64,000 bases of DNA, taken from an uncultured delta proteobacterium. GTDB taxonomy: Bacteria; Myxococcota_A; Polyangia; Fen-1088. A program made the translations under genes and the position numbers. The notes beneath the pieces were generated by a model. It was not told the DNA's origin. It saw nothing but the letters and a program-made list of their open reading frames with translations, and did no database searches. Each line of letters opens with the position of its first letter. Positions within the stretch are counted from its first letter, which is position 1. The stretch covers positions 192,001 to 256,000 of the forward strand of contig CAVYGB010000013.1 of assembly GCA_963767925.1 (NCBI GenBank). Reading direction: 5' to 3'. Below are positions 19,752 to 28,266 of this stretch, piece after piece.

Positions 19752-22502
19752 ATGCGAATAGCCCTTGCTTGTCGTGTGCTGCTGGTTGCGTCGCTGTGTC
19801 TGCTTCCGGAGCTGGTGCATGCCCAAGGCGGCGTCCTCGGGAGCATCGTCGGTAACGTTTTCGACCAGACCGGTCAGCCGCTGAGCGGTGTGAAGGTCGT
19901 CGCCGAATCCCCCACCCAGATCGGCGGCGTGCGGGTCACGTACACGAACTCCGAGGGTGGCTTCCGCTTCAACGCCCTCCAGCCCGGGACGTTCTCCGTC
20001 ATGGCGACCGCGGTGAGGCTGAACGCCGTCCACCAGAAGGGGATCAAGGTCGGCACCCAGGCCCCCTCGGAGGTGACCCTGCTGATGGAGGTCGCCACCG
20101 CCACCGAGGAGGTCAAGGTCATCGAGCGCGCGCCCATCGTCTCGACCAGCACGGCGAACGTGAAGGAGCAGTGGGACGAGGAGTTCATCGACAACCTCCC
20201 GCTCGAGACCCGCACCTCGGTCGAGGAGCTGGTGGGGGCCTCCACCCCGGGCGCCAACTACGCCGGCGAGCGCCAGATGCGGGTGCGCGGTGGCAACACC
20301 CAGCAGAACCTGTTCCTCGTCGACGGCTTCAACCTCTCGGGCTTCAAGACCCTGTACAAGTCGGTCTCCTCGGTCGAGGTGTCGACCGCCGGCTATGGCG
20401 CCGACGGGGCCATCGCCCCCGGCGGCCTCGTCAGCATGGTGACCAAGGGCGGCTCCAACAAATACGAGCTCGACGTCAACGGCTTCCACGAGGACAGCCT
20501 GCTGCGGGCCGCCACCGATCAGAGCGACGAGGTGCCGCGCGACTGGCGCATGTACATCAACCCGAACTTCTCGGGCCCCATCATCAAGGACAAGCTCTGG
20601 TTCTTCGTCAACGGCGAGGCCCGCGACGAGCGCTACTCGCGCGGCGCCGACCCCAGCGGCTTTTTCCCCCGCCGGCCCACCCAGCACTACTGGAACTACC
20701 GGGCCACCACCAAGCTCACCTGGCAGATGTCCCCCCGCAACAAGCTGCAGCACTTCAGCTTCTGGAGCTGGGACTGGTCGCGCAACCGCGACGCCAACTT
20801 CGCCACCGACGAGGAGGCCCAGCGCAAGCGTGAGCGGACCGCCTTCTTCCAGGGCATCACCTTCGAGTCGCTCGTGCGCGACAACCTGTTCTTCAAGAGC
20901 CAGATCGGGTTCGGACTGCGCCAGGAGGCGCAGTCGCCCCAGTCCTGTCTCATCGACGAGGTGGGCTGCCTGCACACCGTCCCCATCGTCCAGACCATCC
21001 CCCAGACGATCAACCTGGCGAACTACAACCTGCTCCAGCAGGACGACATCAAGCAGATCGAGTTCGTCAACGAGATCCAGTGGTACCTCAACAGCAAGAC
21101 GTTCGGTGACCACGCCATCAAGGTGCAGTCCCGCTACTACAGCCAGGGCCAGTCGGTCGCCCAGGCCACCCCGGGCGACAAGGTGCTCCGGTTCGCCGGC
21201 GCGATGCCCGATCGCCAGACCACCTGGTTCTCCAACGACCCCCGCTTCGACGAGGCTCGCTACGGGTACGCCATCTTCACCAGCTCGGGGACCCGCTTCA
21301 CCAACTTCGTCCAGGACGCGGCCCGCCTGACCCGCTACTGGACGGTGACCCCCGGTCTCGCTCTGACCGCGGCCTCGTCCAGCAACAGCCGCGGGCTCAC
21401 CGTCACCGACGGTGTCTCGCTGACCCCCCACATCTCGACCGCCTGGGACGCCACCCACGACGGGCGGACCGTCCTGCGCGCCAGCTTCAACCAGTACGTC
21501 GATCCGGACGTGGGCCGGCTCGCCCGGCACTCGCTCGGCACCCGCGTCTCGCAGGAATGCCGCTGGAACGCGGCCAACCAGGCCTACACCGACAGCTGCG
21601 TCTATTCGGGCGGCGTGCCCGGCGCCACCGTGGGGCTGCCCTGCGGCCCGAGCGGCGTCGATGCCAACGGCAACTCCTGCCGGCAGGCGCTCAAGGTGCC
21701 CCGGACCTGGGAGTACACCGCGGGCGCCGAGCGGGAGGTCCTCCCCGGCCTGGGCCTGGGCCTCGACTTCGTCTACCGCGACTTCACCAACCCCTACGCC
21801 ACCAAGGAGACCAACCGGGTCTGGGATCGTTCGGCCGCAGGCTGGGAGCCCACCGGGGCCTACCGCAACGGCCGGCCCGAGGCCATCATCGATCTCGAGA
21901 CCCCGAGCGAGGCCCGCCGCAAGTATCAGGGGGTGACCTTCGCTGCCCACAAGCGCGAGGGCGAGCTCAAGATCAGCGCGAGCTACACCTGGAGCCACAC
22001 CTACGGCAACTCGTTCGACACCGAGAGCAACGCCTGGGGCGACATCCCCCCGCGCGACCTCTTCCTGTGGGGCGACATGCCGGATGACGCCCGCCACGTC
22101 ATCAAGACCACCCTGAACTACCGCTTCACCCCCTGGCTGTCCTGCGGCGTCCTCTACCAGTACCGCTCGGGCACCCCCTACAACCGCTGGTACTACAACA
22201 GCTCGACCAGCGCCTACGACGTCCTGCGGGCGCGGGTCGGCGTCAACCCCGGCACCAACATCAACGACCCCGGCGACGACCGCGCGCTGCGGCTGCCCGA
22301 CGTCCAGTCGTTCAACATCCAGCTCCGGGCCAACTTGCGGCCCATCCTCAAGACCGACCTCGAGCTCTGGTCGGACATCCAGAACCTGCTCGCCCTCCGT
22401 ACCACGACCAGCGTCGTCACCGAGGACGGGCCGCGCTTCGGAGTTCCCGAGGGGCGCATGGGCCCGATGCTGGTCCGTCTGGGTTTCCGGTACCGCTACT
22501 GA
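19752..22502 (+). CDS. Oar-like TonB-dependent receptor with N-terminal carboxypeptidase-regulatory-like domain
   Basis: Signal peptide; GSIVGNVFDQTG; plug VRGG...FLVDG; GPIIKDKLWFF; C-terminal LGFRYRY. Confidence 0.9.
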   Translation: MRIALACRVLLVASLCLLPELVHAQGGVLGSIVGNVFDQTGQPLSGVKVVAESPTQIGGVRVTYTNSEGGFRFNALQPGTFSVMATAVRLNAVHQKGIKVGTQAPSEVTLLMEVATATEEVKVIERAPIVSTSTANVKEQWDEEFIDNLPLETRTSVEELVGASTPGANYAGERQMRVRGGNTQQNLFLVDGFNLSGFKTLYKSVSSVEVSTAGYGADGAIAPGGLVSMVTKGGSNKYELDVNGFHEDSLLRAATDQSDEVPRDWRMYINPNFSGPIIKDKLWFFVNGEARDERYSRGADPSGFFPRRPTQHYWNYRATTKLTWQMSPRNKLQHFSFWSWDWSRNRDANFATDEEAQRKRERTAFFQGITFESLVRDNLFFKSQIGFGLRQEAQSPQSCLIDEVGCLHTVPIVQTIPQTINLANYNLLQQDDIKQIEFVNEIQWYLNSKTFGDHAIKVQSRYYSQGQSVAQATPGDKVLRFAGAMPDRQTTWFSNDPRFDEARYGYAIFTSSGTRFTNFVQDAARLTRYWTVTPGLALTAASSSNSRGLTVTDGVSLTPHISTAWDATHDGRTVLRASFNQYVDPDVGRLARHSLGTRVSQECRWNAANQAYTDSCVYSGGVPGATVGLPCGPSGVDANGNSCRQALKVPRTWEYTAGAEREVLPGLGLGLDFVYRDFTNPYATKETNRVWDRSAAGWEPTGAYRNGRPEAIIDLETPSEARRKYQGVTFAAHKREGELKISASYTWSHTYGNSFDTESNAWGDIPPRDLFLWGDMPDDARHVIKTTLNYRFTPWLSCGVLYQYRSGTPYNRWYYNSSTSAYDVLRARVGVNPGTNINDPGDDRALRLPDVQSFNIQLRANLRPILKTDLELWSDIQNLLALRTTTSVVTEDGPRFGVPEGRMGPMLVRLGFRYRY

Positions 22503-22532
22503 TCGGAGTCGGTCGACCGCGACCCGCGCCGG

Positions 22533-22557
22533 CGGGGGGGCCAGGCCCCCCCGTTTT
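22533..22557 (+). terminator. Intrinsic terminator after the TonB receptor gene
   Basis: Stem cgggggggc/gcccccccg followed by TTTT. Confidence 0.7.
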
Positions 22558-22761
22558 CGTCGGTGGGTCGCAAACGTTTTCCTCGATGAAAAAGCCCCTG
22601 AAATCCTCCTCCGGTGCAGGAAACCAACATGGTCTTCGAGCCGGATTCGCTGGCGCGCCCGGGGGCGATTCGCGACATTCGGGCGGCCGAACGACGACGG
22701 CGTTCCACCACCCTCGAGGCGGGCCCACCCCCGGCGGAGCATCCCCGAAAGGAGCGCGAGC

Positions 22762-23964
22762 GTGATCCGATACCTGCGTCCCATCTTGCTGGTGGCCACC
22801 GTGGCGGGGGCAGGGACGGCCCGCGCCCAGGACACCCCCCAGGTCCAGTCCGCCGGCGCGCCGCCGCGCACCGCCTTGCAGGAGCTGAAGGACCGCATCC
22901 AGATCAAGGGCCGGGTGTTCGCCCGGCTTGACTACGAGCAGGCCGATCTCGACCGGGGCGGCGGCGTCGTCGCTCAGCAAGAAGGGCTCACCCCCTCGGT
23001 GGCGAGCGCCCGCGCCGGGATCGAAGCCCGCATCGTCGACGGCCTCAGCCTCGAGCTGGAGGCCGACTTCGTCGGCCGGCCCGAGGTCAAGGACGCCTTC
23101 CTGGCGGTCAAGACCAAGCGCTGGCGGGCGAAGGCGGGGCGCTTCAAGATGCCGATCTCGGCCTTCACCCAGGAGTCACCCTGGCGGCTGGCCCTCGCCC
23201 GCCGCGGCTGGCTGGAGGAGATCCTCTCGGATCGCCTGTTGCTCACCGGGCGCCGGGAGGGGGCCATGGGCGGCATCCAGGGCGGCGGCTACTGGGACCC
23301 AGCCTTCTCGGCTTCGGTCTTCCAGTCGGTGCGCTGGGGCGAGCTCGACGGCGATCCCATCACGATGCGCAACCCCGCCCACCTCACCACGCTGGGGCGG
23401 TTCTCCGTCAAGCCGAGCGGGGTGGAGCTTGGGCTGGTCGGGCAGCGGCGGGTCACCTACGCCGGCCGCGACGGCGAGGGCCCGCTGTCCCCCCTGCGCG
23501 AGCGCGCCTTCTGGACCCTGTCGCTCGATGCGACCGCCGACGTCGAGTTCGAGCGCACGGGCCTGCGGGTGTGGGCCGACGCGTTCGTCGGATCGAGCTG
23601 GTTCGACGCGCGGAACCTGGTCATCGACGTGACCGCCGAGGGGACCGCGATCGAGACCAACCGCTTCGTCAGCGGGCGCGCCCTGGCCGCCTTCCGCTGG
23701 GGTGGCCTCGAGCCGGGCGCCGGCTACCTGGAGGCCTTCGCCAGCGCGGGCGTGCTGGAGCCGGACCTGGCGACCACCTCCGACCTGTTCCTCGAGGTGA
23801 TGGCCGGCATCAACCTCGGTCACTGGCGCGAGACCCGACTCACGGCGCAGATCGAGCACGGCCGGGCGGGGCGCAACTTTCCGTCGCAGATCTTCCGGCC
23901 CTTCGGCGATGACGTGTTGACCCGCTTCGTGGCGCTGGTTTTTCAGGTCGGTGCGGCGTTTTAG
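22762..23964 (+). CDS. Outer-membrane porin, OprO/OprP (phosphate-selective)-like
   Basis: Signal peptide; IKGRVFAR, SARAGIE, LELEADF, VKDAFL, AGRFKMP; terminal F. Confidence 0.62.
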   Translation: MIRYLRPILLVATVAGAGTARAQDTPQVQSAGAPPRTALQELKDRIQIKGRVFARLDYEQADLDRGGGVVAQQEGLTPSVASARAGIEARIVDGLSLELEADFVGRPEVKDAFLAVKTKRWRAKAGRFKMPISAFTQESPWRLALARRGWLEEILSDRLLLTGRREGAMGGIQGGGYWDPAFSASVFQSVRWGELDGDPITMRNPAHLTTLGRFSVKPSGVELGLVGQRRVTYAGRDGEGPLSPLRERAFWTLSLDATADVEFERTGLRVWADAFVGSSWFDARNLVIDVTAEGTAIETNRFVSGRALAAFRWGGLEPGAGYLEAFASAGVLEPDLATTSDLFLEVMAGINLGHWRETRLTAQIEHGRAGRNFPSQIFRPFGDDVLTRFVALVFQVGAAF

Positions 23965-23987
23965 CCCCACTTTCAGCCGGGCCAGGC

Positions 23988-24005
23988 TTCGCATAGAGTT
24001 CACAT
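23988..24005 (+). promoter_or_regulatory. Pho-box-like 11-bp periodic direct repeat
   Basis: TTCGCAT-AGAG-TTCACAT about 20 bp upstream of the lipoprotein start. Confidence 0.35.
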
Positions 24006-24026
24006 ATTCTTGGAAAGGACGACACA

Positions 24027-24956
24027 ATGACACGCTTGACCCCGCGCCTCCTTAGACTCATCGCGTTCGTTGCCCTCGCGGGTTGCGGTACGGAAGACCC
24101 CATGATGAACGGGACGGGGGGAACGGGCGGCGGCACCGGCGGGACGGGCGGCAGCCCGACCGGCGGCAGCGGTGGAGCCGGTGGCAGCGGCGGATCAACC
24201 GGAGGCAGCGGCGGCACACCCACCGGTGGCACGGGCGGGGGCGCGACCGATGCGGCCACCCAGGGTGACGCCCCGGCCAGCACCGAATATTTCCCCTTCA
24301 AGGCCGGCAACCGCTGGACCCTCCAGGTCACCGAGCCCTCCTCGGTCCCCTACCGCAAGGAGCAGGTGGTCGTCGGGCTCGAGCCGGTTGGCGGGACCGG
24401 ACCGCACGCCGCCAGGATGGCCTTGCGGGTCGAGACCCGCAAATACGCCGTCGGCAACCCCCAGATGCTCGAGGACGCCACCATAAGCTGGCAGCTCCGC
24501 GAGGGGGACAAGATCCTGCGCTACCGCGAGACGAGCTGCACCCGGTTCTCGGCGATGCTCACGAACGATCGCATCACCGCCTGCACCGTCGACGTGGAGG
24601 ACTCCTGGGATCCGCCCCGCCTGCGCCTGGACGAGCGTCCCAACGGGGCGGCGCCAGTCAACGGCGTGACCTGGAACGAGACGTACACCGAGAGCAAGAA
24701 GAGCTACAACTACGCGGTCAACCCGCCTGCGGTGACCATGTCGTCCGCCTCGAACACCGACACCTGGACCGTCCTCGAGGCCAACGCGACGGTGACGGTG
24801 CCGGCCGGTTCCTTCAGCAACTGCATGGTGGTGCAGAAGAAGACCGCGGTCGCCCAGAACACGAAGACGTACTCGTTCTGCAAGGGCGTGGGCAAGGTGA
24901 AGGAGGCGGGATCGGGCCAGAACGAGGATCTGGCCACCTTGCCGACCCTGAGGTGA
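24027..24956 (+). CDS. Lipoprotein with Gly/Thr linker and beta-rich domain
   Basis: AAGGA RBS; lipobox LAGC; GTGG linker; YFPFKAGNRW, VTVPAGSF, KGVGKVKE. Confidence 0.85.
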   Translation: MTRLTPRLLRLIAFVALAGCGTEDPMMNGTGGTGGGTGGTGGSPTGGSGGAGGSGGSTGGSGGTPTGGTGGGATDAATQGDAPASTEYFPFKAGNRWTLQVTEPSSVPYRKEQVVVGLEPVGGTGPHAARMALRVETRKYAVGNPQMLEDATISWQLREGDKILRYRETSCTRFSAMLTNDRITACTVDVEDSWDPPRLRLDERPNGAAPVNGVTWNETYTESKKSYNYAVNPPAVTMSSASNTDTWTVLEANATVTVPAGSFSNCMVVQKKTAVAQNTKTYSFCKGVGKVKEAGSGQNEDLATLPTLR

Positions 24957-25010
24957 CCGGAGCGGGAGGCAGCCGAACGGCGACACGATGAAGAACGGAG
25001 CGGGACCGCA

Positions 25011-25919
25011 ATGAGCGCAGGACCGGCCACCGGCGTCGCCCTGCGCGAGGCTACCGAGGCGGATGCCCGCATGACCGCCGAGCGCGACGAGGTCAAGTAC
25101 CTCGTCGCGCGCGAGCACGCCCAGGAGCTGGCCCTGGCCCTCAGCCGCCAGCTCCCCTCGCACCGGTTCACCGGCGAGGGGGCCAACCCGCTGCCCCGCC
25201 CCCGCCACTTCGTCACCACCATCTACTTCGACACGGCCTCCCGGCACCAGTACCGGGCGGCCCGGGCCAACGGCCAGCAGAACCTCAAGATGCGAGCCAA
25301 GGAGTATTACGATCTGCACCCCTCGCTGGCCGAGCTGGCCACCGACCCGCGCCAGATCGTCCGCTACAAACCGGTCCTCTGGCTCGAGCTGAAGTTCAAG
25401 GACGGCACCCGAAGCGGCAAGCGCCGCATCGGCATCCCCAAGCCCCAGGTGCCCCACTTCTTCACCGACGGGCTGATCACCTCCGAGATGATCGACCTGC
25501 AGCGGGCCTCCTACGGCCAGGAGAGCGAGGCGATCCTGCGCGAGATCGCCGCGTACTGCGGCTGCTACGACGAGCCGATGCAGGCCGACGCCCTGGTGAA
25601 CTACCGGCGCATGCCCTGGCAGGACGCGGAGGGCAACCTGCGGGTCACCCTCGACGTGGGCCTCGAGTTCTACCCGCCGCCCGCCGATCTGTGGGACCGC
25701 CGCCACCCGCTGGTGCGCGAGAGCCTGGCCCCGGTCGCCGGCCGCCAGGAGGCCGCCGTGCTGGAGCTGAAGTCCCGGGGCGAGCCGCCCACCTGGCTGA
25801 CCGACCTGCTCACCCGCTTCCAGGCCCGCTGCATCCGCTTCAGCAAGTTCGAGTCCGCCTCGCAGGCGGTCCACGGCCCCGACCCCCAGCTCGACCGCGC
25901 CGTCACCGGCGAGGCCTGA
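25011..25919 (+). CDS. VTC domain (polyphosphate polymerase/CYTH-like) protein
   Basis: RDEVKY, TIYFDT, KMRAKEY, LELK, YRR, RVTLD, VLELK, FSKF tunnel motifs. Confidence 0.85.
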   Translation: MSAGPATGVALREATEADARMTAERDEVKYLVAREHAQELALALSRQLPSHRFTGEGANPLPRPRHFVTTIYFDTASRHQYRAARANGQQNLKMRAKEYYDLHPSLAELATDPRQIVRYKPVLWLELKFKDGTRSGKRRIGIPKPQVPHFFTDGLITSEMIDLQRASYGQESEAILREIAAYCGCYDEPMQADALVNYRRMPWQDAEGNLRVTLDVGLEFYPPPADLWDRRHPLVRESLAPVAGRQEAAVLELKSRGEPPTWLTDLLTRFQARCIRFSKFESASQAVHGPDPQLDRAVTGEA

Positions 25920-25923
25920 TCGG

Positions 25924-26937
25924 TCAGGTCGCCTCGGCCGTGGCGAGCGCCTCGGCCTCGAGGTCGACGCCCGCCTCGCGCACCCGGTCGGCCAGTGGGC
26001 CGAGCGAGGCGGCGATCTGGGCGATCGAGCTGGCCCGGCGGGAGCTGAGGGCGACGGCCGTACTCTCCAGGATCGCCACCTGCAACGACAGGCGCGCCCG
26101 CAGGCGGTCGTGGGCGGCGCGCAGGGCCCGCAGCCGGTCCTGCAGCTCGGCGGTGGCGCGGCCGGCGCGGGCGAAGTCGTCGCGCGCGGCCGGGTCGGCT
26201 GTGGCCTCGGCCGCCCGGGCCAGCGCGCTCCCCCGCGCCTCCAGCTCGACCAGGTCCACGCTGTGAAGCTCCGCCCGCAGCTCGCGACACCGCTGTGCCA
26301 GGTCCACGACCTGCAGGGTGAGGTCGCCGGCGGCCGCCCGCAGCTCGACCGCGGCGGCGCTGCCGTCGCCGGTCAGGCCGGCCCGGGTCCGCGCGTGCGC
26401 GGCGGCCGCTCGCCGCACCAGGGCCCCCTCCTCGGCGGCGTCGGCGGGAAACCGTCCGGCCGCGGCCAGCCGCTCGCCGAGCGGGTCGCGGGCGGTCGGC
26501 CCGAGGTGACCGGGCAGCAGGCCCAGCGCTCCCACCAGCCCGGCCAGGGCGCCTGCGGCGGTGTTTTCACCGAGGGCTCGCCAGGTCAGCGCCGCCAGGG
26601 CCAGGCCAGGCAGGACCCCCAGCGTGGCCAGCAGGGCCCGCCCGCCCCGGTTGCGCCGCCCGGCCAGCACCGAGGCCAGGGCAGCGCCCCCCGCCAGCGC
26701 CAGCAGCAGCTCGCCCGGCCGGGGCAGGGGGACCACCTCGGCCAGCGCGCCCACCGCCGCGCCCAGCCCGATCAGGACCAGGGCCCCCCGCTGGAAGGCG
26801 CCGTGGTCAAGGATCTGCCAGCCACCCTGCCAGGCTTCGCCGGTCACAGCTTCGCCGGTCACAGCTTCGCCGGTCACAGCTTCGCCGGTCACAGCTTCGC
26901 CGGTCACAGCTTCGCCGGTCACAGCTTCGCCGGTCAC
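25924..26937 (-). CDS. Membrane protein (about 4 TM) with C-terminal coiled coil
   Basis: GTGA overlap with the vWA stop codon; hydrophobic N-half; Ala/Arg/Leu heptad-rich C-half. Confidence 0.75.
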   Translation of the reverse strand: MTGEAVTGEAVTGEAVTGEAVTGEAVTGEAVTGEAWQGGWQILDHGAFQRGALVLIGLGAAVGALAEVVPLPRPGELLLALAGGAALASVLAGRRNRGGRALLATLGVLPGLALAALTWRALGENTAAGALAGLVGALGLLPGHLGPTARDPLGERLAAAGRFPADAAEEGALVRRAAAAHARTRAGLTGDGSAAAVELRAAAGDLTLQVVDLAQRCRELRAELHSVDLVELEARGSALARAAEATADPAARDDFARAGRATAELQDRLRALRAAHDRLRARLSLQVAILESTAVALSSRRASSIAQIAASLGPLADRVREAGVDLEAEALATAEAT

Positions 26938-26938
26938 A
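26834..26938. repeat. Perfect 15-bp tandem repeat x7 (gcttcgccggtcaca)
   Basis: Directly visible; encodes (V/M)TGEA x7 on the minus strand. Confidence 0.97.
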
Positions 26939-28205
26939 GCTTCAGCCCCGCGGCAGGCTTGTCGGCCACCGACTGGCGGAGCGACTTCTTGGCCACCACG
27001 TCGAACCCGTCGCTGGCTCCCGCCCGGGTGGCGGCGGCCGCGTCGGCGTCGAGGTGGGCCTTGCGCTTGCGAGACAGCTCCGCGATCCGGCGGGCGATGT
27101 CGGAGCGCTCCTTCTGCTTGGCGGCCAGGGTGGCCTTCTGCTCGGCGGGCGCCTGGTTGCGCAGCTCGACCGGCAGCTCGTCGCGCGACAGGTCGTCCAG
27201 CTTGACCGTCCCCTCGCGGGCCGCCTCCAGCAGGTCGCCCTTGCCCCCCACCGCCTTGCCCCTGGCGATGAGAAACTGTGCCCGCTCGGCCTTCACCGAG
27301 GCGGGCGCCAGCGAGGCCACCGTGCGCGCCGCCGAGACGGCGCCCCGGTGCACGCCGTACCCCAGGGCGGTGGCGCCCAGCTCGTCGTGCAGGCGGGCCA
27401 GCTCCTCGTCGTAGGGCGTCCGCTCGTCGCGCATGCCGCCGTCCTGCTCGATCGACAGGAACTGCCCCCGGCCCAGCCGGGCGATCTGGCGCCAGACCGT
27501 CTCGGTCTGCAGGTCGCCGCCGCAGCGGACGGCGTGGACCTGGATCCCCTTGCCCGCCGCGGCCCGGGCCGCCCGCTGGTAGTCGAAGCCGTCCTGGTAG
27601 TCGGTGTGGGGCGGAGCATCCCCGACCAGGTAGACGATCTTAACCACGTCGCTGTCGGGGGCCCAGCTCATCTCGTGCACCGCCTCGTGCAGCGCGCGCC
27701 CCACGTGTTCGGGGGTGTCGCCGCCGCCGTCGGCCCGGAAGCGCTGCAGGCGCTGGTAGACCCGGTCGAGGTCGTCGTCCAGGTCGTGCCGGCGGGTGAC
27801 GTAGGCGTCGCCGCGATCGCGGTAGGCCACCAGCCCGACCCGCAGCTCCGGGGTGGGCTGTCCCTGGGCCACGAAGCTCGCCAGGCTCCAGATCTTCCGC
27901 TTGGCCCCCTCGAGGAGCCCGCTCATCGAGCCGGTCGTGTCGAGGGCGAAGACCAGCTCGACCCGGGGGCGCCTGACGACCGCGGGCGGGACCGGCGCGA
28001 GCTGGGGCGGGTCGACCCGCACGATGGGTCCGCTCGGCGCCGGCGGCGGCTGCGCCGGCGTGTGCCGGGCGCCGGCGGCCAGCGCCAGGCCGGTTGTGAT
28101 CAGCGCGGCGGCGACCAGCGCGTGGCTGAGGGCGCGGCGTCGGGGCGGGGCAGGGGGCGGGGCGTCGATCGAGGTGGGGGCGGGTGGGTTGCTCGGGTCC
28201 GGCAT
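26934..28205 (-). CDS. Exported or anchored von Willebrand factor A domain protein
   Basis: MIDAS-type DTTGSM; GGGDTPE; LVGDAPPH; N-terminal hydrophobic segment. Confidence 0.88.
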   Translation of the reverse strand: MPDPSNPPAPTSIDAPPPAPPRRRALSHALVAAALITTGLALAAGARHTPAQPPPAPSGPIVRVDPPQLAPVPPAVVRRPRVELVFALDTTGSMSGLLEGAKRKIWSLASFVAQGQPTPELRVGLVAYRDRGDAYVTRRHDLDDDLDRVYQRLQRFRADGGGDTPEHVGRALHEAVHEMSWAPDSDVVKIVYLVGDAPPHTDYQDGFDYQRAARAAAGKGIQVHAVRCGGDLQTETVWRQIARLGRGQFLSIEQDGGMRDERTPYDEELARLHDELGATALGYGVHRGAVSAARTVASLAPASVKAERAQFLIARGKAVGGKGDLLEAAREGTVKLDDLSRDELPVELRNQAPAEQKATLAAKQKERSDIARRIAELSRKRKAHLDADAAAATRAGASDGFDVVAKKSLRQSVADKPAAGLKL

Positions 28206-28266
28206 GGCGAGGCTCCTTTCGCGTTCCGGGCCTCGAACGCACGCCCCCCCCGGAAAGATCTGCGCC

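Noticed and set aside
25899..25919. VTC protein ends AVTGEA, the same peptide as the repeat in the convergent gene
   Set aside because: Short GC-rich match with different codons; best explained as coincidence
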